Positions 29,601-42,744 of a stretch of DNA of 64,000 nucleotides are shown here, piece after piece (positions within the stretch are counted from its first letter, which is position 1; each line of letters starts with the position of its first letter). Location of the stretch: NCBI GenBank assembly GCA_951406725.2, contig OX597820.1:41788001-41852000 (forward strand), read 5' to 3'. The DNA is from Octopus vulgaris (Eukaryota). The notes under the pieces were generated by a model. That model was not told the origin of the DNA. It saw only the letters and a list, made by a program, of their open reading frames with translations, and searched no databases. The translations under genes and the position numbers were made by a program.

Positions 29601-29988
29601 CGGCGAGCTGGCAGAAACGTTAGCATGCCGGGCGAAATGCTTAGCGGTATTTTGTCTGAGTTCAAATTCCGCCGAGGTCGACTTTGCCTTTCATCCTTTC
29701 GGGGTCGATTAAATAAGTACCAGTTACGCACTGGGGTCGATATAATCGACTTAATCTATTTGTCTGTCCGTGTTTGTCCTCTCTGTGTTTAGTCCCTTGT
29801 GGGTAGTAAAGAAATAGGTATTTCGTCTGCCGCTACGTTCTGAGTTCAAATTCCGCCAAGGTCGACTTTGTCTTTCATCCTTTCGGGGTCGATAAATTAA
29901 GTACCAGCTGCGTACTAGGTCGATGTAATCGATCGGCCCCACTTCCAACAAAAAATTTCGGACCTTGTGCTTAGAGTAGAAAAGAATA
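29601..29988 (+). mobile_element. SINE family B (Meta-domain-like), dimeric copy with duplicated core
   Basis: Head ggcgagctggcagaaacgttagc. The core ctgagttcaaattccgcc.aggtcgactttg.ctttcatcctttcggggtcgat.aa.taagtaccag occurs twice (~29656-29755 and ~29840-29935). Ends ccttgtgcttagagtagaaaagaata. Confidence 0.88.
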
Positions 29989-30069
29989 ACTTATACATAA
30001 GAACGTTGCTATAGTCATACATTGGCAAGTCCGTATAAAATAAAGAATTAAACTTATGTCTGTAGAAAA

Positions 30070-30430
30070 AAAACACACCCGTAAAATGGCCATGTAAATG
30101 GTCATTTATGAAATATAAAACTGCAAAAGCTAAGCAAATAAACATTCACGTCCAGATATTGCCGTACTGAAATAAGAGGAAAGGGTAAGCTGCTTATTTG
30201 ACGTTGTGTATCCGTCTGATGCAAGAATGATAGAAAAAGAAAGTGAGAACATAGAAAATACCAGGACCGTGAAAATACTATCTAAATTGAAAAAGAAGGT
30301 TACGGACTATTTTCAAGAAATTTCAACAGTTTGTTGCGGATAATGTATATCGAGAAAAATCCCCGATTCTATTGAATACCTGTTTCGTTGGCACAGACAA
30401 AATTATAAGAAAATTGCTAGATTATAAGAA
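30070..30430 (+). mobile_element. R4/Dong-like non-LTR retrotransposon C-terminal REL endonuclease remnant
   Basis: From 30149: RPDIAVLK*EERVSCLFDVVYPSDARMIEKESENIE/KYQD...TCFVGTDKIIRKLLD, matching RPDI...D.xxP.D....KE.EK..KY.DL...LLGTAxILRKVL. Confidence 0.75.
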
Positions 30431-30565
30431 AGTGACTAAGGCGGCTTGATGTGTACCTGCAAAACAACACAAAACATTAACGGAATGCTGATTAAAACAT
30501 TATACCATTACTATGACATTATACCATCATCATCGTCATCATTATCTGTCTCCTCCTCCTCCTCC

Positions 30566-30601
<36 letters not shown>

Positions 30602-31192
30602 CCATCATCACCATCATCATCGTCATCATCATCGTCATTATCATCATCATTAAATTGCACAGTACGGATATGAATTACTGGGTTTTTATGTTTTTGTTTT
30701 GTTTTTGTTTCTTCACCCCCATCTGTCAAGCTATAACAAAAGACCTTAGTCACAGAGTGCCCTTCAAAGAATATAATCAGTTTCAAGGAAGGAAACTTTA
30801 GGAGCACTCGCATGTCTGACTATGTACTACGATATATGTTTTGGGGAAAATTGAACAATTATACTTAACTCATAACTGGTGCAACTTTCCATTTTGCTAT
30901 TGGTGGGAGTGGGGGGAGTCCTTACAATCTTGATATCTTTAACTTTAATTCAGCATATTTTGATATTTTTACTACTTTTTCCTCTCCAATCCAACATAGA
31001 AGTTTGTTTCATGGTATCTACAGCAATATAGTTTACTCTAACAGAACATCTACGTTTAAATGGGGATAAATATTACCGCTCGGCGTTAATATTACCTCTG
31101 TTGCTAATAGATATTTTCTAAGTATTTTGTCTGAATGGATGTATATGACGAGGGATTCTATATTTTATGTCATGGACAATGATATCTGCATT

Positions 31193-31221
31193 CCTCCTCC
31201 TCCTCCTCCTCCTCCTCCTCC

Positions 31222-31257
<36 letters not shown>

Positions 31258-31315
31258 CACCACCACTACTACTACTACCACCACCACCACCACTACTACT
31301 ACTACCACCACCACC

Positions 31316-31392
<77 letters not shown>

Positions 31393-31400
31393 CACTACTC
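31193..31400. repeat. (CCT)n-(CTA)n-(CCA)n compound microsatellite
   Basis: Direct reading. Confidence 0.95.
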
Positions 31401-32068
31401 ATGCTGCGTTCCCGTAGCTGCTATTATTTCATAATAACAACTATAACGATTTTGACATTGGCAAGAACACTCATTTCTAAAGAAAGGAAACAGAAGATAT
31501 TGTTGGCATTGATTCACGAATAGCATATATTCTACCGACTCTGGAGGGAGGAAATATCATAGTGAACCTGATGGGATTTGAACTCGGAAAATTTCAGCAA
31601 TCTTCTTTATTGGGGCAATTCCACTAAGCTAATATTTAATTGAAAAAAGGAAATGAGAGTATACAGTATGCACACATTTTGCAAGTGCAATATTACTGCA
31701 AGAATAACAATAAAGACATTAAGATAGGATACTGAAAGAATTGATAATACACGTTGGGATGCAGGATAATTCAATCTATATTTGTACACATTGTGAAATA
31801 TCCAAGAAGCTTACCTAATGCCGATGACTCATCTTCAGAACTACGTGTACCGTATTTAAACATTGCAACTGACACAACATAACTATACTTAACAGGCCAT
31901 TGACAAGAAACACGACAGCCTCTCCCCGTGTTGCCTACTAACAGCAGATACTTTGAACAACAGTTTCCTAGAAATCAATGAAATTGCCTATCTTTACAGA
32001 GAGAAGTATTTTTCCTTTGTTCTTGTCACTGCGATAAAATTTATAGAATTATATGTGATGTGCAGTTG

Positions 32069-32099
<31 letters not shown>

Positions 32100-33249
32100 T
32101 ATATGTGTGTGTGTGTTTGTGTTTGTATGTGTGTGTGTGTGTGTGCGTGAGCCCATGTGTGAGTGAATGCGTGTTTCTATCTGTGTGTGGTATTTCAGAG
32201 GATGGGATGTAAAAGAGGAATGGCTCTGTGATAGATTTCAGGGAGAAAAGAGCGTATTTGGTAGTTGCGGAGATGGCATAGCAGCAGCAGGAATTAGGGT
32301 ACCTGTGATCTGAGCAGGATAAAGGTTACCACCACATTTTCCTCGGGTTCAGACTGAATGATTACTCAATACTTTTTCGTAGTGTACATGTTTCTTAATC
32401 TTTTAGAGGGTGAAAGTTTGACTCGGCTTTAATTTGTTGACTTGCTTGCCTTTCTCAAACAGTCTGAGGGAGATAGCAAACCGAACATTCGAAGTAACTA
32501 TCAACCTATTTGTTGTACACGTGTTCCATCACACATACATAAGTGCGTATGCATATATAGATATATGCACGTAGTGATACATGTGCACTCGCACACACAC
32601 CTGAACACACACACATACAGACACACGCGCACACAAGTACTTATATGTGGATAAGTGACGCGTTTCCTATCTCCATTTGTCTGCGGGTATCGTGGTAATT
32701 GCTTTCTCATAGTAAAGGCTTTCCAAAGCATGCGTTTGATGAGGTTTTCCATTTACTCAAAGCGGAGTACGGCATGGAGTTCCCGGTTGGTATTTCTATA
32801 TTCTTCAAAGAATAAAGGAACGGTGGTGCTCTCCATCTCCAACTGCGTATTCTCAGTTTGTAGATAAATTTCAACAGAATTAGACAGAGTATACCATTAT
32901 GTTAACTAACGGAAGAGAAGATTAGTCAATACATACTAGAGAGTTTATATTTATTGATAAACAGTTAATGATTCATTCTTTTGTCATCCAGAGTTAGACA
33001 ATATATAATGAATAAAACTGGCGCAATCTGCAAAATACTGGGTACATGTATATACTCTATTATTGCATGAAGAAGAATCCAATTTGTAAATTGTACAAAT
33101 ATATATATGTGTGTGTGTGTGTGTATGCGTGCAAGCTTATGTAGACACCACACACACACATACTTGTGCATACATATTTATTCGGTAACTGTGCACATAT
33201 GTATCTCACAGTATTTTAAACTGAAAGTGCTCGCCGTATTATTTTACTT

Positions 33250-33513
33250 TCTTTTACTTGTTTCAGTCCTTGGAGTGCGGCCATACTGGAGTATCGCGTT
33301 GAATGGATTTAGTCAAACAAATCGACCCCAGGACTTACTTTTTAAAACTAGTAATTATTCTCTCGGTCTCTTTTGTGGAACCACTAAGCTACGGGGACGT
33401 CAACACACCAACATCTGTTGTAGATAACACTAGTCCAAGTTGCCATACAGTGCGACTGAGCCCAGAACCATATGACTGGGTAGCAAGCTACTTATCACAC
33501 AGCCATGTCTGTT
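33250..33513 (-). mobile_element. SINE family A, internally deleted copy
   Basis: tttacttgtttcagtc (tail), aatcgaccccaggactta, ccagaaccatatgactgggtagcaagctacttatcacacagcca (head), all in reverse complement. Confidence 0.8.
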
Positions 33514-33870
33514 CATAAAAATGATGATTTGAAATACATTAAGTCTACACACTGAAGGATTAAACAAAAAGATCGCTAACTTTGAAGTGTAAGATAAATG
33601 AAATATGCTATATTACCTAGTATTATTTTAAATATTGCTATAGGATGCTATATCTCTTCTGATGAGCAGAACGCCATTGTGATGAGCAGTATAACAATCT
33701 CAGTCACGTGGGATTAGACGTGTAAAACTGCTCAGAATAAGGTAATGTACTGAAAAACATACACTTTAGTACCTAGTTAGATGGAATTAAAGAAAAATTT
33801 ACCTTAAATTACTCAGAATGGAATTAATTCTTAGTGGCAGACATATTCAGTTTTAAGAAGGAAGCATACT

Positions 33871-33910
<40 letters not shown>

Positions 33911-33940
33911 CACATCCATCCATCCATCCATCCATCCATT

Positions 33941-33993
<53 letters not shown>

Positions 33994-34202
33994 ATGTATA
34001 TATGTATATATATCATACCAAGCACTTTTACTTTATGTGAGGATTTTCTGAGCCGTCCTGATTTCCAGTCGTCTTTCTACTTAATTTTTATATCTAACAC
34101 TTTTCTGTCAATACATGGACATCGATAATACTCATCTGTTTGTCTCTCTCTGGCTCTCTCCCTCTTTCATTTCTCTCTCTCTCTCACTCTCTCTCTCTCT
34201 CA

Positions 34203-34233
<31 letters not shown>

Positions 34234-34647
34234 AACTATTTATGTATCACTTTTCCTTTGTGTTACTAGTGCCCAAATTTCAAAACAAAATTATTAATAC
34301 TGATGATGTTCTTTGAAAATGTTCTGTTTTCGACTACCAATGCATTGCATTCATTCCCCACCCTATAATCGTCACATTTTTCTTTCATTACCTGCCACTA
34401 TTAGGCTCACTTTCATTACATTCCTTTCTTAGATTTCTATCAGTATCATTCTCTTCCCTTCCAGTAATAATTTTCTCCACATTTTCATCTATTACTCTTT
34501 TTACCATTTGCATTCTCCACCTTTCTCTCTTTCAAACTCTCTGTTCTTCCTCTCTCACTCTTTTATTTTTTTGACTATCCTTGTTCTTTTCTTTCTCTCT
34601 GTTATTCTCTTTCCTCGGTTACAAAGATTTATCTGATTGATAATCGA

Positions 34648-34860
34648 GGCAACGATCTGGCAGATCCGTTAGCGTGCCGGCAAAATGCTTAGCGACATTT
34701 TGTCGCTGAGCTCTCAGTTCAAATTTCGTCATGGTTGACTTTGCCTTCCATAATTTCGAGGTTGGTAAAATAAGTATGATTTGAGACCTGGTGGTCAATG
34801 TATTTGACTTAACCACTCCTACGAGATTTCTGGCATTGTGCCCAAATTTTAAAATCAATA
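34648..34860 (+). mobile_element. SINE family B, diverged monomer
   Basis: ctggcagatccgttagcgtgccggcaaaatgcttagcg...gttcaaattt...gactttgccttccataatttcgaggttggtaaaataagta. Confidence 0.8.
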
Positions 34861-35649
34861 TTTATCTCATAATCATTCTATAATTGTTTTATATATATAT
34901 TTTATTTTTACGTTCTGAAAATTTCACTAATGCATTGTCTTTATATACCGTTACTCGCAATCTCTCAGATTCTGTAACTTCATTCATACATTTATTCATT
35001 CATTAATTCATTCGTTCATTCATTCATTCATTCATTTACTCATGCAATCATCGATTGCAATGCATCTAATCCAGCCCACTATTTTACAATCTATCCTAAC
35101 CTTCTCTTCAAAAAGTATACAGAGAACACTTCTTCAAATAAGTTGAATGTTATTGGACTATTCGTAATTAGTATTATTTATCATTAGCTCTGACTCCAAA
35201 TACTGTTACGTCGTCCATGTCTCTTCCAGAACATTAAGGAAGTAAATGAAGTGGAACCGTTCCAATTGGGAACTAAAATGAAGGTATTATCTCAAGCCAG
35301 TGACAGATTATCACTATTTCTACTTTACTCACCAGGATTTCTTTTTCTTTTATTCTACCAACTATTCTCCACTTTACTCGTTCTGTATATTTTTTAAACT
35401 TTTGACTGTCTAGTTCACTGTACTCTTCACCTTCACTTCAGTGTCTCTATAGATACAGGCAAAATGACTGGTCACACATTTAGCAGCATTTACATCAAAT
35501 AATAAGAGTTCCGGATAGTGGAGAAAGTTACGGTCATTTTTCAAGTCATTTAAACACATATCTTGAATCTCGATGCACCGACGTCATTTTTCCTTTTTCA
35601 CTTGCTTATTACAGCTTCTCAATGCATATATTTATGTATATGTAGTCAG

Positions 35650-35820
35650 GTTAAATAAACGAACATTAAAAATAACAATAACAAATAACAAGTGGGCGTA
35701 TTAGTTTGACGCTTGGTAACGAGAGAGAGTGATTGACGTTTCGAGCACAGCACTTCGTCGGAGAGGGGAAGGAAAAGGTCCAAAGAGGAAAACAACCACC
35801 AACAGTACGTGCGTAGTTAC
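35650..35820 (-). mobile_element. Short non-autonomous element with hammerhead-like motif (Penelope-like pLTR relic), same family as 60013-60210
   Basis: Minus strand CCGACGAA-GTGC-TGT-GCTC-GAAAC-GTC, then actctctctcgttaccaagcgtcaaactaatacgcccacttgttatt, homologous to the sequence after the motif at 60089. Confidence 0.55.
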
Positions 35821-35841
35821 AATCTCTCTTTCTCTCCCTCC

Positions 35842-35896
<55 letters not shown>

Positions 35897-35964
35897 AAGA
35901 GTAAAGAGTATATGTGTGTGTGCGTTCGTGTGTGTATGCGTGCGTGTTTGTGTATGGTGGACTC

Positions 35965-36367
35965 ACGTGAGTTTGTGTGTAAGAAGTTTGTTTCCCAACC
36001 ACATAATTCCTGGTACCTTGAGCAACAATCTTCTGCCATAGTACCGGGCCCACCAAAGTCTTGTAATTTGATTTGGTAGACGGAATCTGAAAGAAGTCCG
36101 TCAAATTCATATGTATAAATCTATATATGTCTGTTCCTTTCTGTTTCTGTTTCGTCCTACCACCGCCTCCACCAGCACTATTTGACAGCCTGTGTCATAT
36201 TTTCTTTAAACCCAGTTGCTTAGTGATTCGGCAAATTTTACTGATAGCATAAGTATCAGACTTCAGAAATAAATACTGGGGGTCAGTTAATTCGACTAAA
36301 CCCCTTTCATGGCGATTCCTCAGCATTGATGTAGTCCAATGAGACTGAAACGAGTAAAAGATAAAAT
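35965..36367 (+). mobile_element. SINE family A, diverged near-full-length copy
   Basis: gtaagaagtttgtttcccaaccaca...gatttggtagacggaatctgaaagaag...gagactgaaacgagtaaaagata. Confidence 0.8.
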
Positions 36368-36493
36368 ATATATGTGCGTTAGTGTGTGTGTATGTGTGTT
36401 TGTGTGTGTGTGCGTGCGTGCTTGCGTGTTCACTACATGTGGAACGTATGTATGTTAATTGAGAGAAATTCAAGGGCAAAATGACAACGCAAC

Positions 36494-36543
36494 TGACCGT
36501 TTCATCCCATACTGAAGATTTTCTGCCGAGATGAAACCGGTCA
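36494..36543 (+). other. Minimal hammerhead-ribozyme-like motif inside a short inverted repeat
   Basis: CTGAAGA-TTTTCTGCCGAGAT-GAAA-CCG-GTC at 36512-36542, with canonical CUGANGA, GAAA, palindromic ACCGGT and GUC. tgaccgtttcatc upstream is its inverted partner. Stem I is not intact. Confidence 0.4.
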
Positions 36544-37524
36544 ACCAGTACCTGCGATTATTTCAATAATATGAATGTTCGCGGTTGTATGCATTTACAG
36601 GTATGTGTGCATGCGCATGCTTAGGTTCCCATTCATACCTATCCATACTCATATATCAAGTATTTTTTACGTTCGTGTATGCGTGTCTTTATGAGTGCGG
36701 TTTTTCTGTATGTTGTTGAATTCGTGAGTCTGTAGCTCTCTATGTTTGTACGTGTGCTCATAAAGATATAAGCTTATTGAACACAAAGGCATATGTGAGG
36801 TTAAGTATTATGTGCACATTTATATATCATGTTTTTTCTGGCTGAACAGTGAGTGAATAAAATATGTTGTGGCGTCTGCTTTTTGTTTGCATGATAACAT
36901 AGGTATATTTGTATACATAAGTGTAGTGTGTGTCTGACGTTTAAGGTGACGGAGTTTTGCTGAGTGGGGAAAAGGGTAGGAAATTCAGAATAAAGGTATA
37001 TTCTATTATAATAACAAACAGACCAACAAGAATTGTAATGGCTTCATCAATGTCGATTATTTTGCTTCTACAGTTTAGTCCGAGACAGAAAAAGACAAAA
37101 GATTAAATGTGACGAAAAAATGATTTTCTTTCTTACAAATCTTTTTCTCTTATATTTTTCATTTTTAACGAGTTTTTTTTATTTTTTGCTGTTTTATTTA
37201 TTAATTTTCTTTTTTACATTATGATATTTTCTTCATGTTGATAACACACAGAAGACAAAAAAGAAAAAGATATCAACAAAGCAAAAATATAATAAAGTAA
37301 AAAATTCTGTTGAGAAATTAATACTAATCAATAAATGTTTATCTTTAAGCCTTTGTTATTATACTAATGTTGATCGATTAATTGAAAAAAAAAAAAATCA
37401 CGCTTTAACCAAAGAATTTTTCGATCGATTTACTTATTTCATTCTATTATGTTTCTTTAATCAATTTTCCCGCCAAAATTTGTATTCTTTGGCAATCAGT
37501 CAACGATTATTGGTGCCACTCAAT

Positions 37525-37607
<83 letters not shown>

Positions 37608-37671
37608 ACTAGAAGTTTTTAAAATAATGCCCATAATATCGGTAGCAGCAGCAGTGGTGGTGGTGGTGATG

Positions 37672-37714
<43 letters not shown>

Positions 37715-38171
37715 CAGCAGCAGCAGTAGTAGTAAGTTCAGATGCTGCGTTCACGATGTTAAGCAAGTGTTAAGAAACACAGGCAACAAATATTCGACAA
37801 CAGAGAGCTTCGATAATCATTACTACTGATACTACAATGACGTCAACATAGTGACAACAAATAGGTATTTTTCTTCTGAGAGGAAAAATTGCATGTTCAA
37901 TCCCACTTTGCTATCACGATTCCTTTTCAATTTTCATTTTCATTTTTCTCTTTCCCCTTCCTTTTTCCTTCCTATAATCTGCTAAGTATTACCAAGATAA
38001 TTTAAGTTGAAATGTCATGAGAATATACAATTGACATAATGTACCTTCTTACTTTCTCACTCTGCCGACAGACATTTATTTCTCTTTCTCCTCTCTCTCT
38101 GTGTCTCCCTCTCCCTCTCTTTGACTTTTTCTCTCACAATCACTTTCATTTCGGATACATACATACTAACA

Positions 38172-38251
<80 letters not shown>

Positions 38252-39329
38252 TACATATATATATATATATATATGTATGTATATATATGGGTGTGTATAT
38301 ATATGTATATATGTATGTGTGTATGTGTATGTATGTATATATGCATATTTATATATAGAAATGCAATCAAAAAGATTACTCACTTCATATATTAAATTTT
38401 ATGTATTTCCTTAAAGTCGGCTAAACACTATTTAGTTTCGTAGAGTTTCACGTGTGGGTCGATCATTCAAGCCTGCCTCAAATTCCATAGATTCTCTGTT
38501 CAGCTATCGATTAGATCACACACTTTACGCACGTACATTCACAACATATGCAGACACAATACAATCTACACAAATATATGTAAGTGTGTATGTATGAGTA
38601 GGTTTATATAAAAGTGTGCAAAAGTGTATATAGCCAACCGAAATTGTGCATTTATATATACATGTGTGTGTGTGTATGTTTGTGTGTGTGTGTATTTGTG
38701 TGCATGTATGTGTGTATAAGATAGTATATCGTAAATACGAAATAACGAAAAGTAACTAGCTCTATTTCAAAATGATTTCTGAAAATATTTAAAAACAAAA
38801 TCCACTCCAATACTTCATAATTATATTTAGGATACGGATAAAATAAAACTAGGTGGTTATATTTAGTCAGTTCATATATATAGTCAGTTCTTATGTATAG
38901 TCAAATATTCTATTAGTATATGTAAGCATACTTAAACATACGACCGTTATACCTTGTAGCCTGAAGTGTTTGTTCATCGTGATATAAATCGTTGTGAGAA
39001 TGGTTCCTTTTATTCTGTCAAATATATGCTGTTCATACCTGGAGGTATCCAATTTACTGCTAATAGGTGCAGAACATACAGTGTGCTCGGGCTAAGATAT
39101 CTCATATCTCTTTCTTTCAGGAATAGTTTTATAAATTGGGGAACAATCAACGCCATTGAAGAGAATACATATTAAAGTTGTATTTGTGAAAAAGTTAGTT
39201 AAAATGAATATTTGTAAGAAAGTTACATGTATTATGATGCTTCGCTCCGGGTTTCAAAATGCCGACATCCGGACTACTGGGCAATGCTCTGTGAACAATG
39301 AAACCTTTGCCACTGGGGAGAGATACAGC

Positions 39330-39725
39330 AAGCGCTCTGAAAGCGTCTGCAAAAGAACTTATTCCCATACACTTCAACAGGGCCTTAGGCTGAATTCAGA
39401 CATTTGCATCAAACTGCTGGAGACCGTGGTCAGCCACGGTTTGAGAGGGTTACTGCTGGAGGGCAATATGAGCGGCAGCAGATTTCGACACCTTAACATA
39501 CCTCCGGAAAGAGTCAGAAGTGATTGTCGGAGAATTTCTATTACTTCACCAGCCCCAATTTCTGGCCTCCTAATTCCCTCGAGCGTAACCCTATGGGATG
39601 CTATGTTGTGAAAGACACCAACTGCTCTCTATGCAGTACTTAGACCAAACTGTTGGTACCAAGATCAAGGAGGTGTTCGAACATCTTCCCACGGACATAG
39701 CGAGGAATGCAAACGCATTGAGGGT
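39330..39725 (+). mobile_element. Decayed Tc1/mariner-superfamily transposase, maT (DD37D) type, copy 1
   Basis: QGLRLNSDICIKLLETVV / QPRFERVTAGGQYERQQISTP*HTSGKSQK*LSENFYYFTSPNFWPPNSLERNPMGCYV. There are 37 residues between the positions equivalent to QQD and NPxD (both D mutated); WPPNS resembles WPPNSPDLNP. Confidence 0.82.
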
Positions 39726-41230
39726 GAGTGAACTATGGGAATGGAAACTAAGTCATTTTTTTTAAACGTTGCCGGAAGCGAAACCTCGAATATACAGAAA
39801 TTTCAAAGAAGAAAATAAAAAGTAAAAAAAAAAACATTTTGAAGACCATATACAATCAATACTGAATAAGCCAAGGCCTTATTGTTTTTCTATGTTTCTG
39901 CTTTGCTCAATCATTCTCGTTTCTTCCACCTCAATCTCTCTCTTTCTTGATATATGTGTGTGTATGTGTATGCATGTATATATGTATGTATGTATATATG
40001 CATGCATGTATGTATGTATGTATGTATGTATGTATGTATGTATGTATGTATGTATGTATGTATGTATGTATGTATGTATGTATGTGTTTATGTATGTATA
40101 TTTCTGTGACATATTCAAATAAAATTCTTGAAAGTACTCTTGACTTCGCTACATTTGTTGATTTTAGCAGTTGCATTTGATCGGGTCACAATGCAGAAAA
40201 TATTTGTAAATTGACAACTAATGTCAGTATTATCTATTGTTACAGACTGCACGTTATCTGACCATAACATCTTAGTTGCGGATATAAGTGATATCAACGA
40301 TGTGGGAATGAGTTCATGATAGAATATGAAAGGGAGATAATTTCACGAACTATTAATCCGATTACTGTTGTAGTGTTCATATAGGATGTAAAACTTGTCC
40401 GATAGAGGTGAGTAGATTCACCACCGCTTTCAGCTTGAGAACACTGGAGCTTAACTTTAATTTGCAATCGTCTTTAAAGATAAAAGACTCGATTCTTTCC
40501 TTTATAATTCTGGATTATCACATCTTCCATATGGTACAGATGACGTTGTATAGTAAATAAGTTAATTTAGAATTTGCTGTATTTTATCTTTGATGTTAGT
40601 TAAAGCCAAATACCCAGTTGTAGTATTGTTATTACAGGCTTAATTAGAACCGACAAGTTGGTACAGCGGTAGTGTTCACGAGTAGAGATAATCTACTGAA
40701 TGCTTTCCGATACTGATTCCAATTCCCTTTTGGAGTTAGCGAGAAGTTTTCTTCTTTTATATCGATAAATTTGTTTTCGGCAGCAAATAGATGGAATGGA
40801 GTTAAAATTAATTTACCATTTTCAAATAAGGAATTCAAAATTAAATATTTAAGAAAATATATTTTAGCGAGAAGTTCTAGAGATTAGTCATTTATATGTT
40901 ACTGTATTTGAAGACAATATTAATTCCATCATTATTAATAACACGAAGCAAAAATCTAAATATTGTTAAGAAACCCATAAAATTCCTAACAATAACAAGT
41001 GTAACTGTATTGTGGTTTTCTATTTAGTTATATGTTGAAAATTATTGCTACATATTCGGGAGATGTAGGACCGAGTTCTATAGGAAGCGTTTGATTCTTT
41101 CCAGTCTCAAAGTTTTACTTGAAACCCATTATTTACAAGACATTATTTATAACTTTATCTGCTTCGAGACTGATCAATCCCAGAAAGAAATACATACATA
41201 TATATATATATATGTATTTATTTATTTATT

Positions 41231-41281
41231 ACTGGTGAAGGCCGGTTTATAGGGTGACCCTATAAACAGGCATTTACCAGT
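41231..41281. repeat. Near-perfect 51-bp palindrome (25-bp arms, 3 mismatches)
   Basis: actggtgaaggccggtttatagggt-g-accctataaacaggcatttaccagt. Confidence 0.9.
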
Positions 41282-41494
41282 CATGAATATAGACTGCTTT
41301 ACTTCTTAGAGTGTGCTTTTTCTCCGGATTTATGTTTTTCTAAATAAACGATATATATATATACATATTTCTATACATATATATATATACATACATATGT
41401 ACATACAAACAGGCATGTGCATTTCTTTGGTTGTATAAATAGGTGAAATAGACCTAATATTATTATTATTATTAGTAGTAGTAGTAGTAGTAGT

Positions 41495-41584
<90 letters not shown>

Positions 41585-41972
41585 GGTGGTGGTGATGGTG
41601 GTTGTGGTGGTGGTAGTGGCAACAGGATGTTGCCTTGCTAGATTTTAACCGCAGACCCTAACCCATCGGATATTTTATCAATGCAATGTAGTCATAACTA
41701 TTCATTGTACATCTATGACTACATTTTCCAATGTGCCCATCCTTTGAAAGAGGAACAATTAGCTGCTATTTTAAGCAAAGCTTCCTTGCTTGTACATAAA
41801 AGTATCTAGGAATAATTTGATTTCCTGAAACAATGAGAAACTATGGTAAAGTCCGAGGCATATATAGAAGACACACACATGTGTGCGGGTGTGTGTATGT
41901 GTGTGTATATATGTATATATCTATCTATCTATCTATATATATATATATACACATATACATATCTATATATAC

Positions 41973-42013
<41 letters not shown>

Positions 42014-42663
42014 CACACACACACACACAACCACCACTCCTTCCAATAGCTTTAGACATGTAGACAGGCAGAGAAATAAAATCTTAAAGAAAACGTATAT
42101 AAAGGTGGGAAACAGCGACAGTGAGTGAGTGAGTGAGTGAGTGAAAGAGTAAAAGAAAGGGAGAAAGAAACAGGCTAAGACAGGAGGAAAGATTGAGAAA
42201 CAAAGAGTGTTGGCTAGAAATGTAGTCAAAGACAGAATGGCGTAGGAAACAAGTTGAAAGGAATAAATGAAATAGCCAAAAAAGACCTAAGACTATCAAT
42301 CGTCTTGAAGTAAATGTGTCACCTGGGGAAATGTAAACTAGTTAAGGGACATGTTTTTCCTCATAGGAATCAATGAATGGAAAGTGTGCTTTTGCAATAC
42401 CATTCCTCGTTCACTCACCTTCGCCCAAATCTTTCTATTTCTCTTCTCTCGAAATACTTTCCTATTTTCCTCAAACTTTATTTATTTTAACATTTTATTT
42501 TGTTTGTTTCTCACAACTGCTATGTTTTCTATCTTTCTCTATATCCCTCTCTCTCTCTTAATTTACTCATATCTTTTATTTCAGTTTATTTCAATATATA
42601 TACATATATATATGAGAGAAAGAGCTATAGAACTGAAAGAACTGAAAGACCACACTCTCTCAC

Positions 42664-42744
<81 letters not shown>

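Noticed and set aside
34299-34330. CTGATGA...GAAA hammerhead-like string
   Set aside because: No stem II pairing; likely chance.
39156-39611. 151-aa ORF as a host gene
   Set aside because: It overlaps a frameshifted maT transposase relic; only part is in the transposase frame.
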